A stretch of DNA of 64,000 bases from NCBI GenBank assembly GCA_049679665.1, contig JBAUGL010000066.1, forward strand, positions 3,550 to 67,549, written 5' to 3'. Position numbers and translations under genes: made by a program. Shown piece after piece: positions 10,362 through 18,147 of the stretch. Position 1 is the first letter of the stretch; the number at the start of each line of letters is the position of its first letter. The stretch is from Pyrinomonadaceae bacterium. GTDB lineage: Bacteria; Acidobacteriota; Blastocatellia; Pyrinomonadales; Pyrinomonadaceae. The notes beneath the pieces are model-generated. The model searched no databases. It was not told the DNA's origin and was given only the letters and a program-made list of their open reading frames with translations.

Positions 10362-11228
10362 ATGCGTTATTCCCTTTTGTTCTTTATTGCGGCGCTGGTA
10401 CCGTTCAATCCATCTGTCAGCGCCCAGGGACGTTTCGAAACTTTGGCAATAAATCTACTCCGCGGCGACACCGAAACAAAACGGGACGCACTATTCCAAA
10501 TAAGAAATCTTAGATCAGCGAAGGCGTCGCTGCTTGCCGTCCCGGCACTATCCGATAGCGAAGAGATAGTCCGTGCGACAGCCGTCTCTTCCGTGGTTTT
10601 TCTGGAGAAGCAGGAATCGGCGCGGCTGTTGATCCCATTGCTTGCTGATAAAGCGCCGTTTGTCCGTCGTGAATGCGCGTTTGCGCTCGGCAGTGTCGGT
10701 TCGGCCGCCGCAACCACTCCGTTGATCGCAACGATGCAGCATGATAAAGACCCGGAGGTGCGATCCGCCGCTGCCGTTGCACTTGGGAAGCTTGGCGATG
10801 CGAACGCAGTCGACGCGCTGCTTCGCGTATTGCAGAAAAAACCGAACGAGGAAACCGAGTTTATTCGCCGAGCCGCGGCGCGATCGATAGGCCAAATTGC
10901 CCAGATCATTCATAGACATCGGATCGAGGTCGTCACGCCTCAGAACTTTTTGCCGCGCGAATACAAGTTGCTCGAAGTCCCGAAATTTGAGGAACTGTCG
11001 CTACGATACCCCCAATTCCGCGAGGCGGGACGAGCACTCTCGAGCCTGCTAAAAGATAAGCGCGAATCAGATGACACTCGCCGGGAGGCTGCGTTTTCAT
11101 TAGGCGCTATTGGCGGCGGATCGGAGATCGAGTCGCTGAAAACAAACTTGAATAGCACCGACCCGTTCCTTGCCGAGATCTGTGAAGAAGCGATGGAGAA
11201 AGTCGCTGCCGCGTACGATCCCCGATAA
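10362..11228 (+). CDS. Secreted HEAT-repeat (PBS-lyase HEAT-like) protein
   Basis: Signal peptide MRYSLLFFIAALVPFNPSVSAQ. Repeated units of the form D..VR..A..ALG..G...A...L (for example DPEVRSAAAVALGKLGDANAVDALL). Confidence 0.8.
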   Translation: MRYSLLFFIAALVPFNPSVSAQGRFETLAINLLRGDTETKRDALFQIRNLRSAKASLLAVPALSDSEEIVRATAVSSVVFLEKQESARLLIPLLADKAPFVRRECAFALGSVGSAAATTPLIATMQHDKDPEVRSAAAVALGKLGDANAVDALLRVLQKKPNEETEFIRRAAARSIGQIAQIIHRHRIEVVTPQNFLPREYKLLEVPKFEELSLRYPQFREAGRALSSLLKDKRESDDTRREAAFSLGAIGGGSEIESLKTNLNSTDPFLAEICEEAMEKVAAAYDPR

Positions 11229-11272
11229 CACTTTTCTTTCACTTTCGACGAAAGTTTGGTTTAATTGAAATC

Positions 11273-12454
11273 GTGCTTGCCAAACCTAAAACGGTTTACT
11301 CTGAGGACCTATCGGCGAGATTCGCTTCGGTTCGTTCGTTTACCGAATCTCTTTGTGAACCACTTGAAACCGAGGACTATATCCCCCAGCCCATCGCCGA
11401 TGTGTCACCCGTTAAATGGAATATCGCCCACACAACCTGGTTCTTTGAGGAGATGATTCTCAAGAATTTCGTTCCGAAATATTCTGAATACAATAAGGAT
11501 TTCGGATTCCTGTTCAATAGCTACTACAATTCGATCGGCGAGCGCACACAGCGAGCCAATCGGGGCGATCTTAGCCGTCCCACGGTACGTGAGGTCTTCG
11601 CCTACAGGCATTTTGTGGACAAAGCGATGCTCGAATTCCTTTCCGGAGAGATTCCGGAGGGAGTTCGCGATTTGGTTGAACTAGGCCTGAACCACGAACA
11701 GCAGCATCAGGAACTTCTGGTTGCCGACCTGAAGTATATGCTTAGCATGAACCCGCTTTTTCCGGCATATCGGGAAAATTACGCCCCGGTGGAGGTAGCT
11801 GGATCCGGAATCGAGAACTTCATCGAGATGCCGGCCGGACAATACGGCATCGGCCATGAAGGAGACACATTCAGCTTTGATAATGAACTTCAGCGACACA
11901 CGGTTCACCTCGAAGATTTCACGATCTGTTCACAACTTGTAACGAACCGGCAGTACCTCGAGTTTGTCTCAGATGGCGGCTACCGAAACGCGGATCTTTG
12001 GCACTCCGACGGGTGGGATTGGGTAACATCGAATCGGATCGAATCTCCGAACTACTGGCACAATAAGGACGGACAATTGCGACATTTTACGCTCGGCGGG
12101 TTACGCAGAATGTGGCCCGAGGCGCCCGTCTGTCACATTTCCTGGTATGAAGCATCAGCATTCGCCGCATGGATCGGAGGTCGTCTGCCTACGGAATTCG
12201 AGTGGGAGGCGGCCAGCAGCTTGTTCGAATGGGGCCTTCGCTGGGAGTGGACGAACAGTGCATATCTGCCGTATCCAGGGTACCGCAAACCTGCTGGGGC
12301 CGTCGGCGAGTATAACGGCAAGTTTATGGTCAACCAGATGGTCCTGAGAGGTGCCTCAGTCGTCACGCCCCCGAGCCACAGCCGAAAAACCTATCGTAAT
12401 TTTTTTCAACCAAACGTTTGGTGGCAGTTTAGCGGCATTCGACTAGCCCGTTGA
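11273..12454 (+). CDS. egtB: Ergothioneine biosynthesis sulfoxide synthase EgtB (DinB-like + FGE-sulfatase domains)
   Basis: N-terminal DinB_2-like region (VKWNIAHTTWFFEE, LNHEQQHQEL) and C-terminal FGE-type domain (WEWTNSAY, LRGAS). An egtD homolog follows immediately. Confidence 0.85.
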   Translation: MLAKPKTVYSEDLSARFASVRSFTESLCEPLETEDYIPQPIADVSPVKWNIAHTTWFFEEMILKNFVPKYSEYNKDFGFLFNSYYNSIGERTQRANRGDLSRPTVREVFAYRHFVDKAMLEFLSGEIPEGVRDLVELGLNHEQQHQELLVADLKYMLSMNPLFPAYRENYAPVEVAGSGIENFIEMPAGQYGIGHEGDTFSFDNELQRHTVHLEDFTICSQLVTNRQYLEFVSDGGYRNADLWHSDGWDWVTSNRIESPNYWHNKDGQLRHFTLGGLRRMWPEAPVCHISWYEASAFAAWIGGRLPTEFEWEAASSLFEWGLRWEWTNSAYLPYPGYRKPAGAVGEYNGKFMVNQMVLRGASVVTPPSHSRKTYRNFFQPNVWWQFSGIRLAR

Positions 12455-12459
12455 ATATC

Positions 12460-13428
12460 ATGGAAGGTTCCGCAGGTACAGAATTACACAAATTTGCCGA
12501 TGACGTACGACGTGGCTTGACGAGCTCGCCGAAGTACTTGTCCTCGAGATATTTCTACGACGACGAAGGCTCACGACTATTCCAGCAAATAATGAAGCTC
12601 CCGGAATATTATCTGACCGCCGCGGAAATCGACATATTCACGTCGCAGGCCGGCGAAATACTGGATGCATTTTTCGATGGCGAAAGCGCATTCGATCTAA
12701 TTGAACTTGGCGCCGGTGACGGTACGAAAACCGCGATTCTGATACGTCATTTGCTTCATAATACTGTCGATTTGACCTACGCGCCGATAGATATTTCCCG
12801 CGAAGCATTGGACCACCTTACCGAAACATTCCGCTCCGAGTTTCCCAGGCTCCGTCTGAAACCCAGGCATGGTGACTACCTTCAAGTACTTGGATCCCTT
12901 AAGAACGATTCCGTCAGAAAAAAGATCGTAATGTTTCTCGGCTCAAACATCGGCAACTTCCGCCGAGAGCAGGCTCTTGATTTTTTTCGAAACTTGCGTT
13001 CGGCCATGAACGAATCCGATCGATTGTTCATTGGGTTCGATCTCCAAAAAGATCCTCAAATAATTCTTGATGCCTACGATGACGCAGGAGGCGTGACAGC
13101 CGAGTTCAACCTAAATCTGCTCAGCCGTATTAATCGCGAGATCGGCGCTGATTTTGATGTCGACGAATTCTCGCATTATGCAATTTATCATCCGCTGGAA
13201 TGTGCAGCCCGGAGCTTTCTTGTCAGTCGCAAGCGTCAGACGGTAGATATTTCCTCACTTGGAATGAAGGTCGAATTCGAACCGTGGGAAGCGATATTTA
13301 TGGAGATATCACAGAAATACAGCCTTCCGATGATCGAGGACATGGCCCAGGAATGCGGATTTACGGTAATGAAGAGTTTCTTTGACAGTCGTAATTTTTA
13401 TACTGATTCACTTTGGCGGCCGATCTGA
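12460..13428 (+). CDS. egtD: L-histidine N-alpha-methyltransferase EgtD
   Basis: YFYDDEGSRLFQQIMKLPEYYLT and ELGAGDGTKT SAM-binding motifs typical of EgtD (methyltransferase 33 family). ATG at 12460; TTG at 12451 is also possible. Confidence 0.9.
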   Translation: MEGSAGTELHKFADDVRRGLTSSPKYLSSRYFYDDEGSRLFQQIMKLPEYYLTAAEIDIFTSQAGEILDAFFDGESAFDLIELGAGDGTKTAILIRHLLHNTVDLTYAPIDISREALDHLTETFRSEFPRLRLKPRHGDYLQVLGSLKNDSVRKKIVMFLGSNIGNFRREQALDFFRNLRSAMNESDRLFIGFDLQKDPQIILDAYDDAGGVTAEFNLNLLSRINREIGADFDVDEFSHYAIYHPLECAARSFLVSRKRQTVDISSLGMKVEFEPWEAIFMEISQKYSLPMIEDMAQECGFTVMKSFFDSRNFYTDSLWRPI

Positions 13429-13433
13429 GCGCC

Positions 13434-14174
13434 ATGCAACTGACGATACTTCGTTACGACACGATCGATTCAACAAACACTGAGGCCCTTCGTCAGGCCC
13501 GTCTAGGCGCTGCTGAAGGCCTGGTCATACTAGCCGCTGAACAAACCGGCGGCCGCGGACGGCTCGGCCGAACGTGGGTTTCCACAAAGGATGCGGGATT
13601 GTATTTCAGTGTAATTCTTCGTCCTCGATTTGAGATTCAGTATTTTCCCCTGATCACCCTTATGGCTGGCGTCAGCGTTCACGAAGCAATTGAAGGGTTT
13701 GGCTTGAATCCCGATCTCAAATGGGTCAACGATGTGCTTGTCGGCGGCAAGAAGATCTCGGGGATACTAGCTGAGGCGACCGAGACACCAAGTGGAACAG
13801 CGGTGATTGTAGGGATCGGAGTGAATTTGAGATCTTTCGGATACCCGCCCGAGATCGTCGGCACAGCTACTTCGATCGAGCACGAATTAGGAACAGTATT
13901 GGACGCCGAAGCCGTCCTAGAGCATCTCACGAAAAGAATGATCAAAAATTGGAACACATTGAATCTCTCTGACGGCCCTGAACAAATAAGGCAAAACTGG
14001 ACAAATCGGTCGTCGTACGCGTACGGCAAACGCGTTGTAGCCGTTACAGATGAGGGTAAAGTGAACGGAACTACCAATGGAATAGAATCTGACGGGGCGT
14101 TGAGAATAACTTTGGACGACGGAACGATACGCGTGATCCGCGCCGGTGATGTCGAGATGGTGAGAGCGGCGTAG
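13434..14174 (+). CDS. birA: Biotin--[acetyl-CoA-carboxylase] ligase
   Basis: BirA signature GRGRLGRTW followed by KWVNDVLVGGKKISGIL. No N-terminal HTH domain, so a group I type ligase. Confidence 0.9.
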   Translation: MQLTILRYDTIDSTNTEALRQARLGAAEGLVILAAEQTGGRGRLGRTWVSTKDAGLYFSVILRPRFEIQYFPLITLMAGVSVHEAIEGFGLNPDLKWVNDVLVGGKKISGILAEATETPSGTAVIVGIGVNLRSFGYPPEIVGTATSIEHELGTVLDAEAVLEHLTKRMIKNWNTLNLSDGPEQIRQNWTNRSSYAYGKRVVAVTDEGKVNGTTNGIESDGALRITLDDGTIRVIRAGDVEMVRAA

Positions 14175-14235
14175 TGACCACGATACGCAGCCGAATTGAA
14201 CTTTGCTGCCTAAACGTGTAGTTTGTATTTAACCT

Positions 14236-14565
14236 ATGAGCAATGAATTTGGGTTCGAACCGGAATTTGATTTCGACGAAGATTTTAACGATGAGTTGGA
14301 CGGGTTCGACGATTTCGACGCCGAACTGGACGAAGTTCTCGTTCGTACCGCCGTATTACATAAGAACGATATGGTCGCCCTCCTGTGCATAAAGAGTGCC
14401 ACGGCTGGTGCTGCGATCTGTCGAGTCGACCCGCGTGAGTCACAGCCCGCGGTACAACTATACAACGACCCCTCCAAGGCCCTCGAATGGTTCACGAAAA
14501 GTCTCCGCACGAGTCGCGAGAACGGTTGGAACGTCGTCTATGACGGCCTTCCGCTACAAGGTTAA
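14236..14565 (+). CDS. Hypothetical protein with extremely acidic N-terminus
   Basis: Intact ORF filling the birA-coaX gap. N-terminus FEPEFDFDEDFNDELDGFDDFDAELDE. No recognisable domain. Confidence 0.55.
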   Translation: MSNEFGFEPEFDFDEDFNDELDGFDDFDAELDEVLVRTAVLHKNDMVALLCIKSATAGAAICRVDPRESQPAVQLYNDPSKALEWFTKSLRTSRENGWNVVYDGLPLQG

Positions 14566-14588
14566 CTTGCTGCGAAAATTCACCTTGC

Positions 14589-15353
14589 ATGTTGCTAGTG
14601 ATCGACATCGGAAATACCTCGACTAAGTTCGGTGTTTACGACGGCAGCCGACTCCTTTCCAAATTCGCAATACCTACACAGCGCAACGGTTATGCCGATG
14701 ATATAGGGGCTGCGATCAAGAGCAACATCGAAATTCCGATTGACGCCGCAGTTTCTTCGTCCGTGGTCCCGGAAGCCGAAATCCTTATAAATGAAATCCT
14801 TCGGAACGGGTTCGGCATCGAGCCTGTCTCGATCGATCATAACTTCAAAGTCGGATTGAAGATCTTGTACGATCCGCCTGATGCGGTCGGCGCTGACCGG
14901 CTGGTTGCCGCCGCTTCCGCGGCCGAAAAATATGGGGCGCCGTGCGTTGTTTGTGATTTCGGCACGGCAACAACGATCGATGCGGTCAATTCGGCAGCCG
15001 AGTACCTCGGCGGTGCTATTTCGCCCGGCATGAACACCATGGCGGACGCCCTTCATCTTAAGGCATCGAAGCTCCCCCGTGTTGAGATCGCAAAACCAGA
15101 TAAGGTGATCGGAAATTCCACGATCGGCTCTATACGATCAGGAATTTTTTTTGGTTATATAGGGTTGGTCGAAGGTATGGTGTCACGAATGGCGATCGAA
15201 CTCGGCGGCGATCCGAGAGTCGTCGCAACGGGCGGATTTTCCGGGTTAATTTCAAGCGCAACGAATATCATAGACGTCGTCGACGAGGATCTGATCATTG
15301 ACGGGCTTGCGAGTCTTTACTTAAAGCACAGCGCCGGACGAAACAAGCCCTAA
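14589..15353 (+). CDS. coaX: Type III pantothenate kinase
   Basis: MLLVIDIGNTSTKFGVY phosphate-1 motif, DFGTATT and ATGG motifs of the ASKHA-fold CoaX family. Confidence 0.92.
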   Translation: MLLVIDIGNTSTKFGVYDGSRLLSKFAIPTQRNGYADDIGAAIKSNIEIPIDAAVSSSVVPEAEILINEILRNGFGIEPVSIDHNFKVGLKILYDPPDAVGADRLVAAASAAEKYGAPCVVCDFGTATTIDAVNSAAEYLGGAISPGMNTMADALHLKASKLPRVEIAKPDKVIGNSTIGSIRSGIFFGYIGLVEGMVSRMAIELGGDPRVVATGGFSGLISSATNIIDVVDEDLIIDGLASLYLKHSAGRNKP

Positions 15354-16933
15354 CCTGCCGTCGCCAGAAACTTCGGCGCTCGCCTTGCCTTTGTTGTCTG
15401 TTCAAATGAATACGCTATCTTTAACAAGATGCCCTCGGAATAGGCTCGACCGAAGAACGATATCCCTATCGGCAATTCCATTACGAAACCGGCCGGCACG
15501 GTGATATTAGGGTATCCGGCAACCGCGGCCAATGACGAACTTGAGACATAATTGCCACCGCAATCGCCGCTAACAAGATCGGTCATCCATGCAGGTGCGT
15601 TCGACGGGGCCGCGATCGCGTCGATTCCATGATCATTCATTACGTTGTCGATGCCTTTCTTCCTCGACAGCGATCCGCATTTCTTAAGTGCCTGAAGGTA
15701 CGGGCGCGACGTAAGCGGGCCTTTCTTGGCCGCCTGTTCAAATATCTCCTGCTTGAAATAGGGCATTTCCTTCGCCGCGTTGTCTTTATTGAACTGAATT
15801 AGTTCGTCAAGTGTCGCATACTTCGATCCCCTAACTTTCAAATACCTCTCGAGACCGTCTTTGAATTCGTATAGAAGCACCTCGAATTCCGATGAACCGA
15901 ATTTACCGAGCGTGGGGATCTTAACGTCGATCAGCGTCGCACCCGCGTTTTTCATTGCCTCCAAAGCAGCGTTCATCACAGCGTCAACTTCCGGGCGCTT
16001 ACCCCAAAAGTCCCGTGCGACCCCGATCTTTGCACCTTTTAGCCCGTCGGCGATCAAAAACTTTTCATAGTCGTTTCGGATCGACGATCGATTTCGCGCA
16101 GTTGCCTTGTCCAGTGGATCGGCAGCGGTAATTGCTGACAAGAGTGCGGCCGCGTCCGCGACGGTCCTGGTCATCGGTCCGGCGGTATCTTGTGTATGGG
16201 AAATGGGAATGATGCCGCTTCGTGAGATCAGACCAACCGTCGGCTTCAACCCGACGATTCCCGAGATCGAAGAAGGGCACACGATCGAGCCATCAGTTTC
16301 GGTCCCGACACCAACCGCGGCGAGGTTTGCCGCAATAGCGGCAGCGGTTCCCGATGATGACCCGCACGGGTTGCGGTCAAGGATGTACGGGCTCCGCGTC
16401 TGGCCGCCGCGGGCTGACCACCCGCTCGACGATCCCGAGGATCGAAAATTGGCCCATTCGCTGAGATTCGTTTTTGCGAGAATTATCGCTCCCGCATTCC
16501 TAAGCTGTTCGACCAAGAATGCGTCACGGGTTGGCAGAGGAGCATCGAGGAGTGCAAGGCTCCCAGCAGTCGTCTTCATTCGGTCGGCTGTATCGATATT
16601 GTCCTTGATCACAACCGGTATGCCGTGCAATTTACCTCGAAGGCGGCCCGTCGCGCGCTCGGCGTCCATCTTTTCGGCGATCATCAACGCGTCCGGATTG
16701 GTTTCTACGATCGAATGTAGATCCTTGTCAATCGCCTTGATCGAATCTAAATACGACTCGACGATTCGAACTGAGGTAAGTTCTCCGGAAGCCATTAGCG
16801 CTTGCAGATCACTGATGGTCGCTTCCGCAATACGTGGCTGAGACGTGTTTAATTCACCGGCACGGATCGACCCCGCTCCGATGGCCCCTAGTGCGGCAAT
16901 GCCAACGAATTCTCTTCGGTCGATTGATCTCAT
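15350..16933 (-). CDS. Amidase-signature (AS) family amidase with twin-arginine signal
   Basis: Tat motif RREFVGIAALGA. AS catalytic elements VIKDNIDT (Lys) and CGSSSGTAAAIAANLAAVGVGTETDGSI (Ser-cisSer). Confidence 0.9.
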   Translation of the reverse strand: MRSIDRREFVGIAALGAIGAGSIRAGELNTSQPRIAEATISDLQALMASGELTSVRIVESYLDSIKAIDKDLHSIVETNPDALMIAEKMDAERATGRLRGKLHGIPVVIKDNIDTADRMKTTAGSLALLDAPLPTRDAFLVEQLRNAGAIILAKTNLSEWANFRSSGSSSGWSARGGQTRSPYILDRNPCGSSSGTAAAIAANLAAVGVGTETDGSIVCPSSISGIVGLKPTVGLISRSGIIPISHTQDTAGPMTRTVADAAALLSAITAADPLDKATARNRSSIRNDYEKFLIADGLKGAKIGVARDFWGKRPEVDAVMNAALEAMKNAGATLIDVKIPTLGKFGSSEFEVLLYEFKDGLERYLKVRGSKYATLDELIQFNKDNAAKEMPYFKQEIFEQAAKKGPLTSRPYLQALKKCGSLSRKKGIDNVMNDHGIDAIAAPSNAPAWMTDLVSGDCGGNYVSSSSLAAVAGYPNITVPAGFVMELPIGISFFGRAYSEGILLKIAYSFEQTTKARRAPKFLATAG

Positions 16934-18042
16934 TGGTGTCCTTTATCTTGTGTAATGTTTAGGCTTTCGTTGTTCTGCAACAATCTGATATTACCAGAAA
17001 CCCCGGCTTTCGCGGCGCTTTCGTAGAGGAGTCTGAGCGGTTCGCCCGGCGGCTCGTCCGAGAGGTCGAATCTGCCGAAGTGCATCGGGATCAGCGTTTT
17101 TGCCCCAGCATCAAGAAAGGCCTGTACGGCCTCAGTCGGCGAATCGTGGTTCGGCTCCATAAACCACTCAGGCTTGTACCCGCCGATCCCAACGATAAAA
17201 TAGTCGATTTCCGGGAATAACTCGCCCGTCTCCCTGTAGTGCCCGCCATATCCGCTATCGCCGCTAAAATAGATGGTTGTTCCTTCGCTTTCGATCACGA
17301 AGGCACCCCATAGCCGCTGATTGGTATCCAAAAGCCCTCGGCGAGACCAATGGCGCACGGGTAGAAAGTAGATTTTCAGTCCGTCATCAGGAAGTGTGAA
17401 TTGCTGGAACCTGCCGATCGTCTTTACCTCGTTCGATGGAGTCTTCCATTCGTTGAATATGTCTTCTGCCCCAAGGCCCGCCAGGAGGATCGCGTTCGGG
17501 AATTTTCTCACAATTGCCCGAATCGAAGCTTCATCCGTATGATCGCGGTGATCGTGCGACGTCAGGATATAGTCTACGCTGGTCAATTCACCCAACGGAT
17601 TAGGTATGTCGGCATAAATTGATACCAGTGGCGGCTTACCGAAAACCGGGTCCAGCAGGATACTTTTTCCATTCAATCGAATAAAGAATGTGGCGTGCCC
17701 CATCCACAATATACCGTCACGCTCCGAACGTAAAAATTCCGAAGGATCTCGCACTGCGAGCCGGAACTTATCCTCCGCCTTTTCCGTCCGCTGCGGATTG
17801 CCGCCGGCCTTCCACCGGATCAGATCCCAAATGCTCGAAGTGAACGGAAATTCGTGGTTCATGAATCGTCCGTATTGATCGATCGGCGTTCCCTGCCAGT
17901 CCTTGCGGATCGTGATCGCATCTCCGTTGCTGATGCGTGACGAAGCGACCGACGGCTCTCCCGTCGACCACGCGGCGATCAGTGCTACCCCTGCGGCCGC
18001 CGATACCAAGGCCACGCCGATCATAAGTAACAACTTTTTCAT
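16930..18042 (-). CDS. Exported MBL-fold metallo-hydrolase, NAPE-PLD-like (Lactamase_B_2)
   Basis: Signal peptide MKKLLLMIGVALVSAAAGVALIAAW. WMGHATFFI...LLDPVFG...VDYILTSHDHRDHTD parallels the NAPE-PLD/COG2220 core. Overlaps the downstream amidase gene by 4 nt. Confidence 0.85.
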   Translation of the reverse strand: MKKLLLMIGVALVSAAAGVALIAAWSTGEPSVASSRISNGDAITIRKDWQGTPIDQYGRFMNHEFPFTSSIWDLIRWKAGGNPQRTEKAEDKFRLAVRDPSEFLRSERDGILWMGHATFFIRLNGKSILLDPVFGKPPLVSIYADIPNPLGELTSVDYILTSHDHRDHTDEASIRAIVRKFPNAILLAGLGAEDIFNEWKTPSNEVKTIGRFQQFTLPDDGLKIYFLPVRHWSRRGLLDTNQRLWGAFVIESEGTTIYFSGDSGYGGHYRETGELFPEIDYFIVGIGGYKPEWFMEPNHDSPTEAVQAFLDAGAKTLIPMHFGRFDLSDEPPGEPLRLLYESAAKAGVSGNIRLLQNNESLNITQDKGHQ

Positions 18043-18133
18043 CCGATGTGATTATACAAATCGGCGACCTTCCGTTTCAATTGCATTCACCAATTGTGAT
18101 CAATGAACGCCCGCTCCCGCAGATCAAATACGC

Positions 18134-18139
18134 TATAAT
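18134..18139 (+). promoter_or_regulatory. Perfect TATAAT hexamer 8 nt upstream of the helicase-fragment ATG (possible leaderless transcript)
   Basis: cgcTATAATcacttgaaATG. No good -35 element at the standard spacing. Pattern match only. Confidence 0.2.
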
Positions 18140-18147
18140 CACTTGAA

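Noticed and set aside
14245-14260. GGTTCGAA-type T-loop-like strings (also near 36926 and 62860) as tRNA candidates
   Set aside because: All lie inside CDSs or at a start-codon region and lack acceptor, D and anticodon stem context. No tRNA or rRNA was found in the window.
16107-16841. 244-aa plus-strand ORF
   Set aside because: It is antisense to the amidase-signature gene. Its Ala/Arg/Ser-rich composition is typical of a shadow ORF.
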